A stretch of 63,964 bases of DNA, the filler included, from Corallochytrium limacisporum Hawaii (Eukaryota > Protista > Pluriformea), in assembly GCA_002811645.1 (NCBI GenBank). It is 7 parts of 7 records of this genome, joined end to end, with 100 filler letters (N's around TTAATTAATTAA, not from the genome) between each part and the next. Parts side by side here need not be neighbours in the genome. Positions count along the whole stretch, not along the records: positions 37,928 to 47,701 come from PDIP01000278.1; positions 47,802 to 57,573 come from PDIP01000192.1; positions 57,674 to 58,871 come from PDIP01000226.1; positions 58,972 to 61,161 come from PDIP01000221.1; positions 61,262 to 63,964 come from PDIP01000189.1; 2 more parts are not named here. One strand, 5' to 3'. Position 1 is the stretch's first letter. Each line of letters begins with the position of its first letter. Positions 43,801 through 63,964 of this stretch are shown here, piece after piece. The translations under genes and the position numbers were made by a program. The notes beneath the pieces are model-generated. The model saw nothing but the letters and a program-made list of their open reading frames with translations. It had not been told where the DNA came from and made no database searches.

Positions 43801-46800
43801 GGTTGCATGTTCATTCTTGGCAGTGTGCCGTATGATTGTCCAATAGCCTGACCGACCCAAACAACTGGAAATCGAAAGACATTGGGCACTCGTGCACTGC
43901 CTCGGCCTCGCTCGCTTTTACACCAAACCCCCCCCCCCCCTTCCCCAACTCCCAGCTTTGCGCCCTGTCATTCTTTGGTGCGCGACCCGGTACTTGATTT
44001 TAGCACTGAGCCGGTGCGCCTACGGCAGCCTATTTCCACTATGTTGTTATTTTCCTGTCTCCTACCGTCTCAGTGATTACAACCTTGTGCAGCTACAGTA
44101 AGGGGCGGCAAGAGAACATCCTGTTGAAGTGTCTTCGTCTGTCAACCAGCAACGTGCGAAATCACTTGTGTTGCTGCGCGGAAGTCCTTGGATGCCATAT
44201 CAAATTGATGGTCCCACAACATTGGTATCTCTTCACCATGACTTCCAACAATTGACGAAAGCTTGAAAGTGATGAGGTCTCAAGTTCTAGGTTGTTTTAC
44301 CGATTAAACCGTCGGTCCTGAGCTATTTCGGTTCCAGCAGTATCTCTCTATGTACCCAACTGTTGTGGTTTTTCGCGCGCTTGCTTGATTGCTGGTGCAC
44401 ACGCAGCGACAGCAGGCAAACTTGCTTGAACCAATGAACACATTCTTTCAGACGTAACCGTCCATACTCTCCATGCCTTTGTGTCCCAACGCCTCAGTAC
44501 TGAATGTACTGGAGACGGGCCATTTTAGTGTTGCTGAGCACTGTTTGCAAAAACTATCGATCACAAAAACACCCCCACCGATACTCCCTCTTTATTTCTG
44601 TATTTGTTAGCAATTGCTGACACATCAGTACATGACACCACCACTGACTTTCGATTTCTCAACATCACCATTTCTCGCCGCAGGCAGAGAAAGAGAGAGA
44701 GAGAGAGAGCGAGAGCGAGAGAGAGAGTGTGTGTGTATGTGATCCAAACCGGAAATCTGAGGGGTATCTCTTTCTCGTTTCGTTTCTTGGCCGGCTACTG
44801 GCACTTGTTTTTCTTCTCCTGTACCTACCGCCACCAAGCCTTGATCTGATAATGTTTCGCCTGCATTTCTCGGGCACTGGGGGGGGGAGGGTTGGGCACC
44901 TGGTCCGGCTGGGAACTCGGAGCTAACATACCCCCCTCGCGTCCCCTTCTTCACGAGCTTTCTATTCTGCATGAGCGTTCGTAGTGATCCTGAGTTAATC
45001 GCTTGTCCATGCATGTCAGGTCATGCTCCTGCGATTGATTCGTGCAGGATCAAGCTGGTCTCTTTGTGGAGACGCGCGATGAAAGGCAAGACTCGAGACT
45101 CGAGACACGCGTGTGTTTCACAGCGAAAATTTTCCACAGGAGTGACACTGCCTGAACTGAATATACGTAAACAAATAATGAAGGCTCGTGCCCCAGTTCA
45201 CTTCTGTCTTGCAGTGCTTTTTTTTTTTGCCACAATTACACGCGAGTCGTTGTGCAGTAGTGAAGCAACGAGCGACTGCTGTACTTAGAGCACATGCCCA
45301 CTCTCGAGAATGCATGCCGCAAAAATCAAATCCCCACGTTAATCCAATCACAGGTCGCATGTCTCTGTGCTGCATAATGTGTTAGCCCTACGATGAGCTG
45401 GCGGACACTTGCGAAGCAGCATGAGCCGGTGCCAAGAGTATTCAATACTCACAAATATGCAGTCGATCAAAGGAAGAATATTCTCTTCGCGATCGTTCTG
45501 GGAAAAGTGCGTCTGACAAACCCCAATGATATTGGTATGGAGGCAACCCCTTTCCAGATGTTATTTTCCAATCTATTCTTATTGGACGCTGGTGCCGTAT
45601 CCCAACCACCATCTCCCTCACCCCTACACCCCCTCCCCTCTGCGAGTCTCTTCTGTACCAAAAGTACTGCTTGGTTGACCATGTTTCAGTGTGATTGATC
45701 TATCTGGCATTTTCTTCATCGCTACATCGCCACTCCCTTTTTCTCTACCCTCTGTTTCTCATCTCTTTGTGTTCGTGTTGGATCTGCTGCACTGCTTGAT
45801 CATTGCGAGATGGTGGAGGTACTTCCATGATGCCAATAAAAAATCACCCGCTTTACCCGCAGAGTTTTGTTCGGCTTGGAATCGCCCCGTTACCTTTCCC
45901 CTCTCTTAGCCTCCGCCCCCCCCCCCCCCCTTCCCTTCTCAACCTTCGCTTCCGCAAGGTAGGAAAAAAAAAAGCAAAAGGGTCTCCTGGAAGCACTCTC
46001 TATCGGTCGCTTCTCCAAGGCTTTCCGCTTCCCTGGCTGTCCACAGAGTCCGCATCCACAGATAACCATGGCGTTCCACCCTCTCCCGCGGCCGGCTAAC
46101 TACTCAGATTGTAGCCTTTCTTCGACATGATTCAGAAAATCCACGCCATCCATACGCGTTCACATGAACGTACCCATTATCACACCCAGTTCGTCTATCC
46201 TCACACAACAATGAGCGATTATCTATCTGTGTGAAAGACGGGATGGGAACGTCTTTGTACCCGTTCGGAACAACCCGAATCCTGTCGATTGCTCAAGCAC
46301 CTGGGTGCCCCGCTCTGGAGCTTTACCGACACACCCCCACCCCCCCACCCCCCGACGCAAGCCTCCCCCCTCCCGCGGCCACCCGCTCGAGTGTGGGCGT
46401 GCGGAGAACACTTGAGTCTCTCACCTGTACACGAGATCACTGCTGCAGCAACCAGAAATAGTGGTGTAATTAGTATTGGCCATTCAACTTGGAAACGCAT
46501 GCCAATAGTTCCAGATCCGCCGCGGGGTGACAAAGAACAAGCGACGACGGTGTAGAGCTATCAGGGGATCCAGCCGATTAAATCCCAATGGACTTGTCCT
46601 CAATTCCCACCCGTAAGTGTCCAGTGCTTTGGATCTCTCGGTCAAGTACTCCCCACACCCCCCCCAACAACGTCAAAGAACCGACAGTTGACTCAATTTG
46701 TGTGTGGGTGTGGGAGGGGACCGGGAGTATAGACGGACGCCCAATTCCCTTAGGAATACATGTGGGTATAAATACGGCCATGGCAATCCTCTAAGTAATT

Positions 46801-47801
46801 GGGTAGTCAACACAAACAGACGCCGGCAAATGAATTCAGGAGATGTCTGTTCAATCCAATTTATGTGCATGATCATACGGATCTGTGAGACACATGACTG
46901 GGACCATCCTCACACCTGTAGGCCACGAACACAATATGCATAGAATACCATTATACCGACATGAAAGTCTGAGAAAGGAAGGTCGAATCGGACGATGCTG
47001 GCCATCATTGATGATTAGTTACCTTTTGGCAAATCTGCTGACCAGAGGATCTAATGAAGGATCTGGCTCCTTCATGATTCTTGCGTGAACGTTTGGCACT
47101 ATTGGGACATGCTGGTTTTTTCCCTTTGCCTGAAATGTATAATTTTGATATATTCAGTGCTCTACCACTAATTTTGTAGTTCATTTGCAATGTCCTTTCC
47201 AACCTCAACCAGAAATTTCCTGCCCTCTCCAATCCAACCGTACGGTTTCAACGGTTCGAATGTGTCCATACTCAAACCGGAACCTTACAGTCACCCGGTA
47301 AAAGTTGCATAGGTTACAGGTGACATTAGTGTTGTGCGCTTTACTGACCTTTTGCCGTTCTGTTCTCTCGACTGTCTGAAACGGCTTGGCACCGTTCTCT
47401 GGCTTTTCTTGTGACCATTCCCTCGATCCGAAATTTCAAGCCAAGGGAAACCAAGGGGAGAGTGCGACAAAAGACGGGAAAGGAGGGGAGGAGGGGAAGA
47501 AAGGGCGATAGAGAGGGAAAGGAGGTAATAACCATTGCTGACGGGGACCGTCAAAGAGTATCTCTGGGGAAAGGGAATGGCCAGCCAGCCACTGACTGAC
47601 TGAGTCAGCGCAGAGGATGTGAGACCGATCGGTGAGCCAGGTTTTGGGGACGAAAGGGCTGGGTGGGGAGGGGAGGGGGGAAAGGAATAGTATGGAAGCA
47701 ANNNNNNNNNNNNNNNNNNNNNNNNNNNNNNNNNNNNNNNNNNNNTTAATTAATTAANNNNNNNNNNNNNNNNNNNNNNNNNNNNNNNNNNNNNNNNNNN
47801 N

Positions 47802-57573
<9,772 letters not shown>

Positions 57574-57718
57574 NNNNNNNNNNNNNNNNNNNNNNNNNNN
57601 NNNNNNNNNNNNNNNNNTTAATTAATTAANNNNNNNNNNNNNNNNNNNNNNNNNNNNNNNNNNNNNNNNNNNNGGGCGAAGGGGGGGACACCCATGTGCG
57701 GCGGAGGGGGAGCCGAAT

Positions 57719-57721
<3 letters not shown>

Positions 57722-57755
<34 letters not shown>
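57722..57755. repeat. (CT)n microsatellite
   Basis: About 17 units; a second tract near 57810-57832. Confidence 0.9.
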
Positions 57756-57758
<3 letters not shown>

Positions 57759-58504
57759 GGCCCAGCGCAAAGAAAAAGGGCGTAGATCTCTTCGGAGCCT
57801 CGGTCATGTGCTCTCTCTCTCTCTCTCTCTCTGTGTCCCGGGAGGGAGGGAGGTGCCCTACCACCCCGTCCCCCGACCTCTGTTCCTCTGTTTTTTTCCT
57901 TTCCTTCTTCTTGTATTGGGTTTATTTCCTTGGTGCTTTGTATATATTGATATTTGGGGGAGGGGGAAGGCCTTGTAAGGAGCCTGGCGCAAAAAAATTG
58001 CCGAAGAACTTGAAATTTTTAAAAAAGAAAAGTTGGTAGGGGCCCCCGGCAGGGCCTTCTCTGCTTTTCCCCGGCCCCGGGCCGGTACTGGGAAGGCTGG
58101 GGACCAGCTCGACTGCGAAGTCGGGGCTTTTTTAGAGTACTCGTACATTTCTATCCAGCTCAAGCCTCTCTCTCTTCCCTAAAGCTTCCGACCGAGATCG
58201 GGAGAAGCCCGAATAAAAAATAAAGGAAGGGGGAGCGGTGTTAAGAATTTCACCCAGTCATCCCCTTTTCCTATTTTCTTCTTCTTGTTTTTTTATTTGA
58301 TTAAACTTCCTCTCTTTGTTCTCTCTCTCTTCTTTCTACGGTACTTAAATATCAGAGCCTCTCTCTGCCTTTTTCCGTTGTGACGAAAGGGAGTCGAGTA
58401 AGCGAATTAGAACGATGTGCTTTTTGTCCAGCAACAGAGGAACAAAAAGAAAATACTTGCTTGCTCACCACCACCTCCGAGGATGGAATGACCACCGGTT
58501 CTCA

Positions 58505-58568
58505 TGATGATGATGATGATGGTGATGGTGATGATGGTGATGATGGTGATGATGGTGATGATGGATGG
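58505..58568. repeat. (GAT/GGT)n degenerate trinucleotide repeat
   Basis: ATGATGATGATGATGATGGTGATGGTGATGATGGT... Confidence 0.9.
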
Positions 58569-58971
58569 TGTTACCGGGATGGGAAGAAAGTGGGCAATCT
58601 TTGCGACGACGATGATGGTGGAATGGCATGGCAGGGTGATCAATGAGAGGCTCCTTCTTCGTTTCCTTATACTCGATCAAAACTGCCCTGTGCGGTCACT
58701 CTACTACGCAAGATTAAAAGACCAATCTACCCGTCGGGCCCCTCGGAACGGGGGATTCCATCTTCTTCCCGGTTGTCGACGATGCCCGAAACGCGGGCAA
58801 CACGTAACGGCAGCACACAGCAGCAGCCGGTAGTAGTACACATTGTGCCGAGTTGCTGTAGGGCCCACCCCNNNNNNNNNNNNNNNNNNNNNNNNNNNNN
58901 NNNNNNNNNNNNNNNTTAATTAATTAANNNNNNNNNNNNNNNNNNNNNNNNNNNNNNNNNNNNNNNNNNNN

Positions 58972-59561
58972 GGAGCCCGAAAATGCACGCAGTGTGGATC
59001 CAAGTCGCCAGTTTCATTCATAGACAAAATGGCTTTCTGTACATCTTCATGGACTTGCTCACCGACGAAGAACAAGAAGCATGAGCTTGGAATGATCAGT
59101 CTGTTGTAAAATAGGACCAGTGGAATGTAGTTCTGATACCGTCCGGTGGCCACATAAACAAATAAAACCGACTCCTCATGGTGCGTGAAGTTAAACTCCA
59201 GGGCTTCCCAGCGAGACTGCGTAAATGACTGCGAGGGAGGACTCCTTAACTCATTCTTCAGGTTTTCATCCCAATGTATTCCATCTGATATGTGACTCTC
59301 GATCTCGGTGCTGTTGGGAAGGTGAATTTTCAGCTCGTCAAAAATTGGGTCATGTTCAAACTTCCTTTCAGGTTCTGTGGCGTCCGTGAAAACAACGTTT
59401 CCGAATGTTGTGTCCAGGTCAAATGCATTCGATATTCCCCAGAGAAACACGACAGATACGCAAAGGAGTACGCCAAAGACCAGCTTCTGGCTGTGTGACT
59501 TCAAATGCCAAATGTCCCCCTTGGGAATGGCTGGACACCCACTAGAAGGCAACGCCACCAT
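58972..59561 (-). CDS. 5' half of a membrane-anchored glycosyltransferase-like gene (continues at 61094-60356)
   Basis: ATG 59561; TM LVFGVLLCVSVVFLWGI; VLFVYVATGRYQNYIPL. Its last 67 nt are identical to the start of the other half. Confidence 0.75.
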
Positions 59562-60355
59562 TTTCAACTGCCACAAAATTCAGTCAGTGTCAAGGGACTC
59601 TCGTCATGATTTCATGGTGCTCTTTTAACACTCTAGCTCTGTCCTTTTCCTAAAACGATTTGTCTTAACTATCGGTACCACGCTCAGCAGAGGCCAATAT
59701 GTGCTAAGGACTTTCCTTCGATTGTGTACTTCGTAGCTCTTGAGTACCCTTCGCGGACTGTTAACTCGCAGGCGTGGTGGTTCCCCGTCGGTTTGGAGGG
59801 GGTCTTGGTGATAAGAGAAAAGGACGGAGATATTCCGGTGATACACTCCCCGATATTTTCAAATCAGGAAACCGACCGCGGGTCAATTATTTTCTTTCGA
59901 CATAGCCAAACCCACCACATCAAGATGGAACCAATTTTCTATGCTGGGATATGTTCTTTAATTGGCACGGGGCTCCAATTGTGCAAATCAATATTCTGTC
60001 GCGTAGTCGCCATAGGAATTTCAGGTTTGGGCACTCAATGAAGGGTCAATATACCTTGCTACTACCGTCATGGCCGCATTGTTCACGCGGTTGTCGCCAA
60101 AATAGTCAAAGTCGAACATCATTTACGGGCTCTCTTTAAAATAGAGTTGATGATGACCAAGACAGTCTCACATTGCAGGCAGCATTGACGCGGTGACTGC
60201 GCGATGGTGGTTGTGCGCTCGATCACAAGCCAGCAACTCTTATGACGCTCATGTTATCCAGTGAATATCATCGCCCACTTTTGTCATGTTCTTTCTTCTG
60301 GTGTGCTATTACTTCTGGGCAACATGATTCCACAACAGTAATAGTCTCATTGAAG

Positions 60356-61161
60356 TCAAATTGGTTGGACTGATTCTGACAGGGTTGGATATCTTTCGGC
60401 GTGCAGATAGTCACACCATGATCGCCCATAGCTTTCCTTGTCAACCTTGGTGCAATAATTATGGACGTTGTTGAGTCTGCCGTGGTTCAAGTGAATACCA
60501 TGATGCGGTCGAAACTTAATAACCCACCCGTACTCCTCTGGAGTTTCACTGTGCTGATACAGACTCTCAACACGATCTCCGAATGTGCTCTCCTTCAGCA
60601 GTGCGTACAAGATTGCTTCATCACAGAAGCCGTAGATGTGAATACCTGTGTAATGCTCGCACAGCACCTTATGAACCATATAGGCGTTCCCATCCTGGTC
60701 CTTCACGGCTTCGCTCAACAATGCGCGCATTCGCATAATTGCTGGAAGCACACCAGTGTAATACTCACGAGCGGCTACGAAATGAAGCCCTGTGAAGCGA
60801 TGACAGTAGTCTAAGCCGCCCTTATCCCGCCGAAATGTTTTGTGTCCTCCATGAATGCATTGATCACGTTCCGTTTGACTTCTCCCATAGTATCTATCGG
60901 CGTTTGAAAATGGCACACCTAACCGTCTTATTTGAAGCAAATGCTGTGAAAGAAAATCTGACTTTTCAGGCATCATGGCAATGTCCACATCACCAATGTA
61001 ATGATATGGGTATCTCAACATGATGTCATCCAAATCAACCCATCGCACAGCCTGTGACAAGCCTTTGTCGAGAGCCCAATTGGTATCTTTTGTTGGAGCC
61101 CGAAAATGCACGCAGTGTGGATCCAAGTCGCCAGTTTCATTCATAGACAAAATGGCTTTCT
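60356..61161 (-). CDS. 3' half of the same glycosyltransferase-like gene (joined product 442 aa)
   Basis: YHYIGDVDI (DxD), PFSNADR, RFTGLHF, DEAILY, RPHHGIHL. The join gives 590+739=1329 nt, an intact frame. Confidence 0.75.
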
Positions 61162-61261
61162 NNNNNNNNNNNNNNNNNNNNNNNNNNNNNNNNNNNNNNN
61201 NNNNNTTAATTAATTAANNNNNNNNNNNNNNNNNNNNNNNNNNNNNNNNNNNNNNNNNNNN

Positions 61262-61502
61262 TTTGTACGACTACGATGTGTTCAATGTCAAGCCAAAGTC
61301 AAAATAGTCCTTTTTTGAGAGTAGCAGGGACTCTTCGTTTGAATCAGCTATTGAAATATTTTTTTATGATTGTTAAAAAGAGCAAAATATAATGAAATAG
61401 AATGGAATCAATATAAGTTATTATACAATCAAGATTAAAAAAGATCCTCGGGAGTCAAGTTTTTCGGAGTTTTGACCCTAACATACCAGACAGAGGGTGG
61501 TA
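61262..61502. mobile_element. End of mariner/Stowaway-like element, family B, copy 2
   Basis: Nine substitutions versus 19730-19970; ends GACAGAGGGTGGTA. Confidence 0.75.
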
Positions 61503-62364
61503 CTTTCATTGCAAATCTCCGCAGCGCCGTCGGTTGGAGAGTAAAACCTTCTTGCGCACATTTGTTTTTTTGTTATCCCCCGCCGCCCTCCGGACCTAAC
61601 ATTGTCCGCTATTTTTGCAGAAAGGACGCAATCGTGCGGTGTATTACCTAAAGCATGCCAGCCCCGCTTAATGGCAGAAGGGGACTCGTCTGCGTAAATG
61701 TGTGTCACGAATTAGGAGTTTTTGGCAACACAGGATTACTAATGTGCCGCAAATGGTAGTTGCAGGCAGCAGGCAGGAAGCGTTGGACGCGCGGCTGTGA
61801 ACGCTAAGGGGAAGGCAATAGCGCTAATGAATGTAATATTTATATCATCATAGTCAGAATTTTTCTTGATGTACAGGGTTTCCATTTTTTTTAGGCGGAT
61901 GTGTCACACGTCGGAGGCAGATGGTGCTCTAGAGCCATCATACACATTCAGTTGATATAGCTCGCTCCTCCGCTAGACGGGGACAGGGCCATCGACAAGG
62001 ATCACATTGGAAAACTGTGTTTACACGATATTCCAGCAGGGATGAAACGATCACTATTGGCATGCGTAGATCCACTAACATGGTGTGACGAGGATACAGT
62101 TTCCGCTGAAAATTGTGGTGCAACAGGATTCCATATGAAGGTATAGAAATACTTGAGGCTCTATCATACAGTTTCGCTGGTATACACGCGCTGGAATGTA
62201 GCCTAAACTTACATCTACCGCGTGATATTGTCTGTAATTAAGTCCCCGCAGAGACGAGTTCACAGAATGGTATTTAAGTGACATGATCTTACTGTAATAT
62301 TCTCGCAATTAGGAGAAAAACACAGTATAGCTACCTTAGAAGCTGTGAACCACTCCAAATTACC

Positions 62365-63753
62365 ATGGATAAACATCAGATCGCCAAGGGGCTCATCATG
62401 TTTGGTGTTGCCGCCCATGCCGTTGCCGCCCATGCCGTTGCCGCCTATGGTGCCAATGCAGTACCGGAAGAGCATCTTTGTTACGGAAGAAATACGATTA
62501 GGGAGGTTTGTACCACCGCCGTATTTGATGAAGTTTCGTCATCTCCGCTTTGGAAGAAACTCATGAGTGGCCTGTGTAATACTACTCCGATTGCCAAAGA
62601 GATTGTCGAGAACAAAGACATCCTTGAAGAATACCTGTCTGGATTTATAGGTACCTTTAGTGCACAGCAGGATTATGACGAAATTGATACAAGGGAGGCC
62701 TGGTATTCCTTATTCGCTTCGATGAATGCACTCGCAGGCCCTCTTATTCAGGCCCCCTTCTTTGACGAGACGGTAAGCGAAGATACGTTGAATGCGTACA
62801 GAGAGAAGTTGGTTACTTTTGGACATGTTTACGCTAATGATACCGGTCTGGAGTGTGAGTACGCATGGGGCCAGGATGGGACACCCATCACAATTTCGTT
62901 CCCTTATGCGAGTGGTTATAACTACAACTACAATGGTGGTTCCCTCCCCACGCCAGTCATATCGAGTACATACTGGGGTGTCATGTCCTATCAACAACCG
63001 GGATATCTTCAGATCAATATCCTTACGAACAATAATGCCCAGTGTGACGAGAACGAATTATCATACTCAAAATCTGTTACTAGCGAAACGTCTGCCACGT
63101 CTGAAAAGGGTATGTCGTCAGCCTTCACAGCATCCCAGTCTATAACGGTTAGTACGAGTTGTGAGGCCGAATTCGCCTTCATGTCGGCCAGCGCAAGCTT
63201 AGAAGTTGAGGCGGCCTTCGAAGAGACTACTGAGAAGACATTGACCACATCTGAAACTGAAACAATGTCTACATCTCAGGAAATCGCGAACACTTACACG
63301 CTGAAGGTACCGCACGGTGCCACTGTTAACGCTACCCAGTACATTAGCCGCGTGCACGCTTCCTTGGATTACTCTAATGACATGCACTACGACAATTCCA
63401 CGACCATCTATGTCTACCAGTCGCTGGGTGAGAGAAATATCTACGCTGACCGGGAGGTCCCCGGAAGCACACTTGAGGAGGTAATGGATCTTGCCGACCT
63501 TGCTCTGGAGATTATGGGTGTCACTGTGGACCCAGTGCTGGTTCAGAATCTTTTCAGTGGCTCTATTCGTGGTCACGCCACGACAGAACAAGGTGTGCAG
63601 GTACGCACAGTTACCAATGCTTGCCAAACTTCTGAAGTCCCCCCGGGCGAGTGCACTCCCGAGCAGGCCAAGCTATATCCACCACTAAACAATTGCAACA
63701 GCGACGACGGCACCGAATTGGCCAGCTTTGAATTGCTTCAACTTGTGGAATAA
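62365..63753 (+). CDS. Secreted protein with putative aerolysin/ETX-MTX2-type beta-pore-forming domain, 462 aa
   Basis: Signal-like N-terminus with a 15-bp x3 repeat (VAAHA, 62407-62451). Ser/Thr-rich strands LSYSKSVTSETSAT and TLTTSETETMSTSQ flank an alternating amphipathic segment (ITVSTSCEAEFAFMSASASLEVEAAF), followed by LKVPHGATVNATQYI and IRGHATTEQG. Confidence 0.6.
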   Translation: MDKHQIAKGLIMFGVAAHAVAAHAVAAYGANAVPEEHLCYGRNTIREVCTTAVFDEVSSSPLWKKLMSGLCNTTPIAKEIVENKDILEEYLSGFIGTFSAQQDYDEIDTREAWYSLFASMNALAGPLIQAPFFDETVSEDTLNAYREKLVTFGHVYANDTGLECEYAWGQDGTPITISFPYASGYNYNYNGGSLPTPVISSTYWGVMSYQQPGYLQINILTNNNAQCDENELSYSKSVTSETSATSEKGMSSAFTASQSITVSTSCEAEFAFMSASASLEVEAAFEETTEKTLTTSETETMSTSQEIANTYTLKVPHGATVNATQYISRVHASLDYSNDMHYDNSTTIYVYQSLGERNIYADREVPGSTLEEVMDLADLALEIMGVTVDPVLVQNLFSGSIRGHATTEQGVQVRTVTNACQTSEVPPGECTPEQAKLYPPLNNCNSDDGTELASFELLQLVE

Positions 63754-63950
63754 TCTGAGTCCTAGATAGACAAAGGATTTCATGTGACATGCAAACGTTA
63801 ACTAGATAGCGAGGAAATCGAAGTACTGCAATCATAGTCATATAGCTCACCATAGTCGTTGTAAGTCTGGATAGATGAGGGACTGTAGGCCATATCCCTA
63901 TTGGAGGCTTTTCCAATAACCAGCGATTGTGACTCTCTACTCGTTCAATC

Positions 63951-63964
63951 TTTGGGTTAGGGTT
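63951..63964 (+). repeat. Right telomeric repeat stub TTTGGG-TTAGGG-TT
   Basis: G-rich strand at the 3' end, orientation complementary to the left end; only about 2 units. Confidence 0.65.

Larger units (their letters stand above)
58972..61161. repeat. Contig with 67-bp terminal direct repeat (58972-59038 = 61095-61161); 2,123-bp repeat unit
   Basis: GGAGCCCGAAAATGCACG...AATGGCTTTCT at both contig ends. Confidence 0.92.

Noticed and set aside
44269-44324. C/D-box snoRNA-like segments (GTGATGA...CTGA; also near 42535-42590)
   Set aside because: Boxes are short and I could not identify a convincing rRNA-complementary guide; snoscan would decide.
58380-58833. Poly-His, poly-Asp or poly-Met ORFs
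   Set aside because: Products of a GAT/GGT repeat on a 1.2-kb low-complexity contig; no other coding evidence.

Overview
Eukaryotic scaffold (standard genetic code, essentially intron-free CDSs) that starts with (CCCTAA/CCTAA)n and ends with (TTAGGG)n. It looks like a 64-kb telomere-to-telomere mini-chromosome, but it is built from 7 pieces joined by six artificial 100-bp N44-TTAATTAATTAA-N44 spacers, plus two ordinary N gaps, so the end-to-end linkage is unverified. The left end (1-11 kb) is accessory: a telomere-adjacent glycosyltransferase, a decayed DD39D-type mariner transposon, a secreted Cys-rich protein, a cyanobacterial/algal-type GST and a Zn/NADP alcohol dehydrogenase. The core (12-38 kb) holds housekeeping genes: BRCA1-like RING-BRCT, ERp38-type PDI (signal peptide out of frame), CDC26 (57 aa, absent from the ORF track), CAF-1 p150, UTP11, SLC25A42, UTP21/WDR36, RAE1 and an animal-type FLAD1. 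The 38-59 kb stretch has no recognisable genes and includes a perfect 9.77-kb palindrome centred on C54/G54, probably an artefact. The right end has a circularly permuted 2,123-bp unit encoding a membrane-anchored glycosyltransferase-like protein (collapsed tandem array or circle) and a telomere-adjacent secreted aerolysin/ETX-MTX2-like protein. Gene features suggest an intron-poor unicellular holozoan (inference only). All family calls come from motif recognition; no database searches were run.
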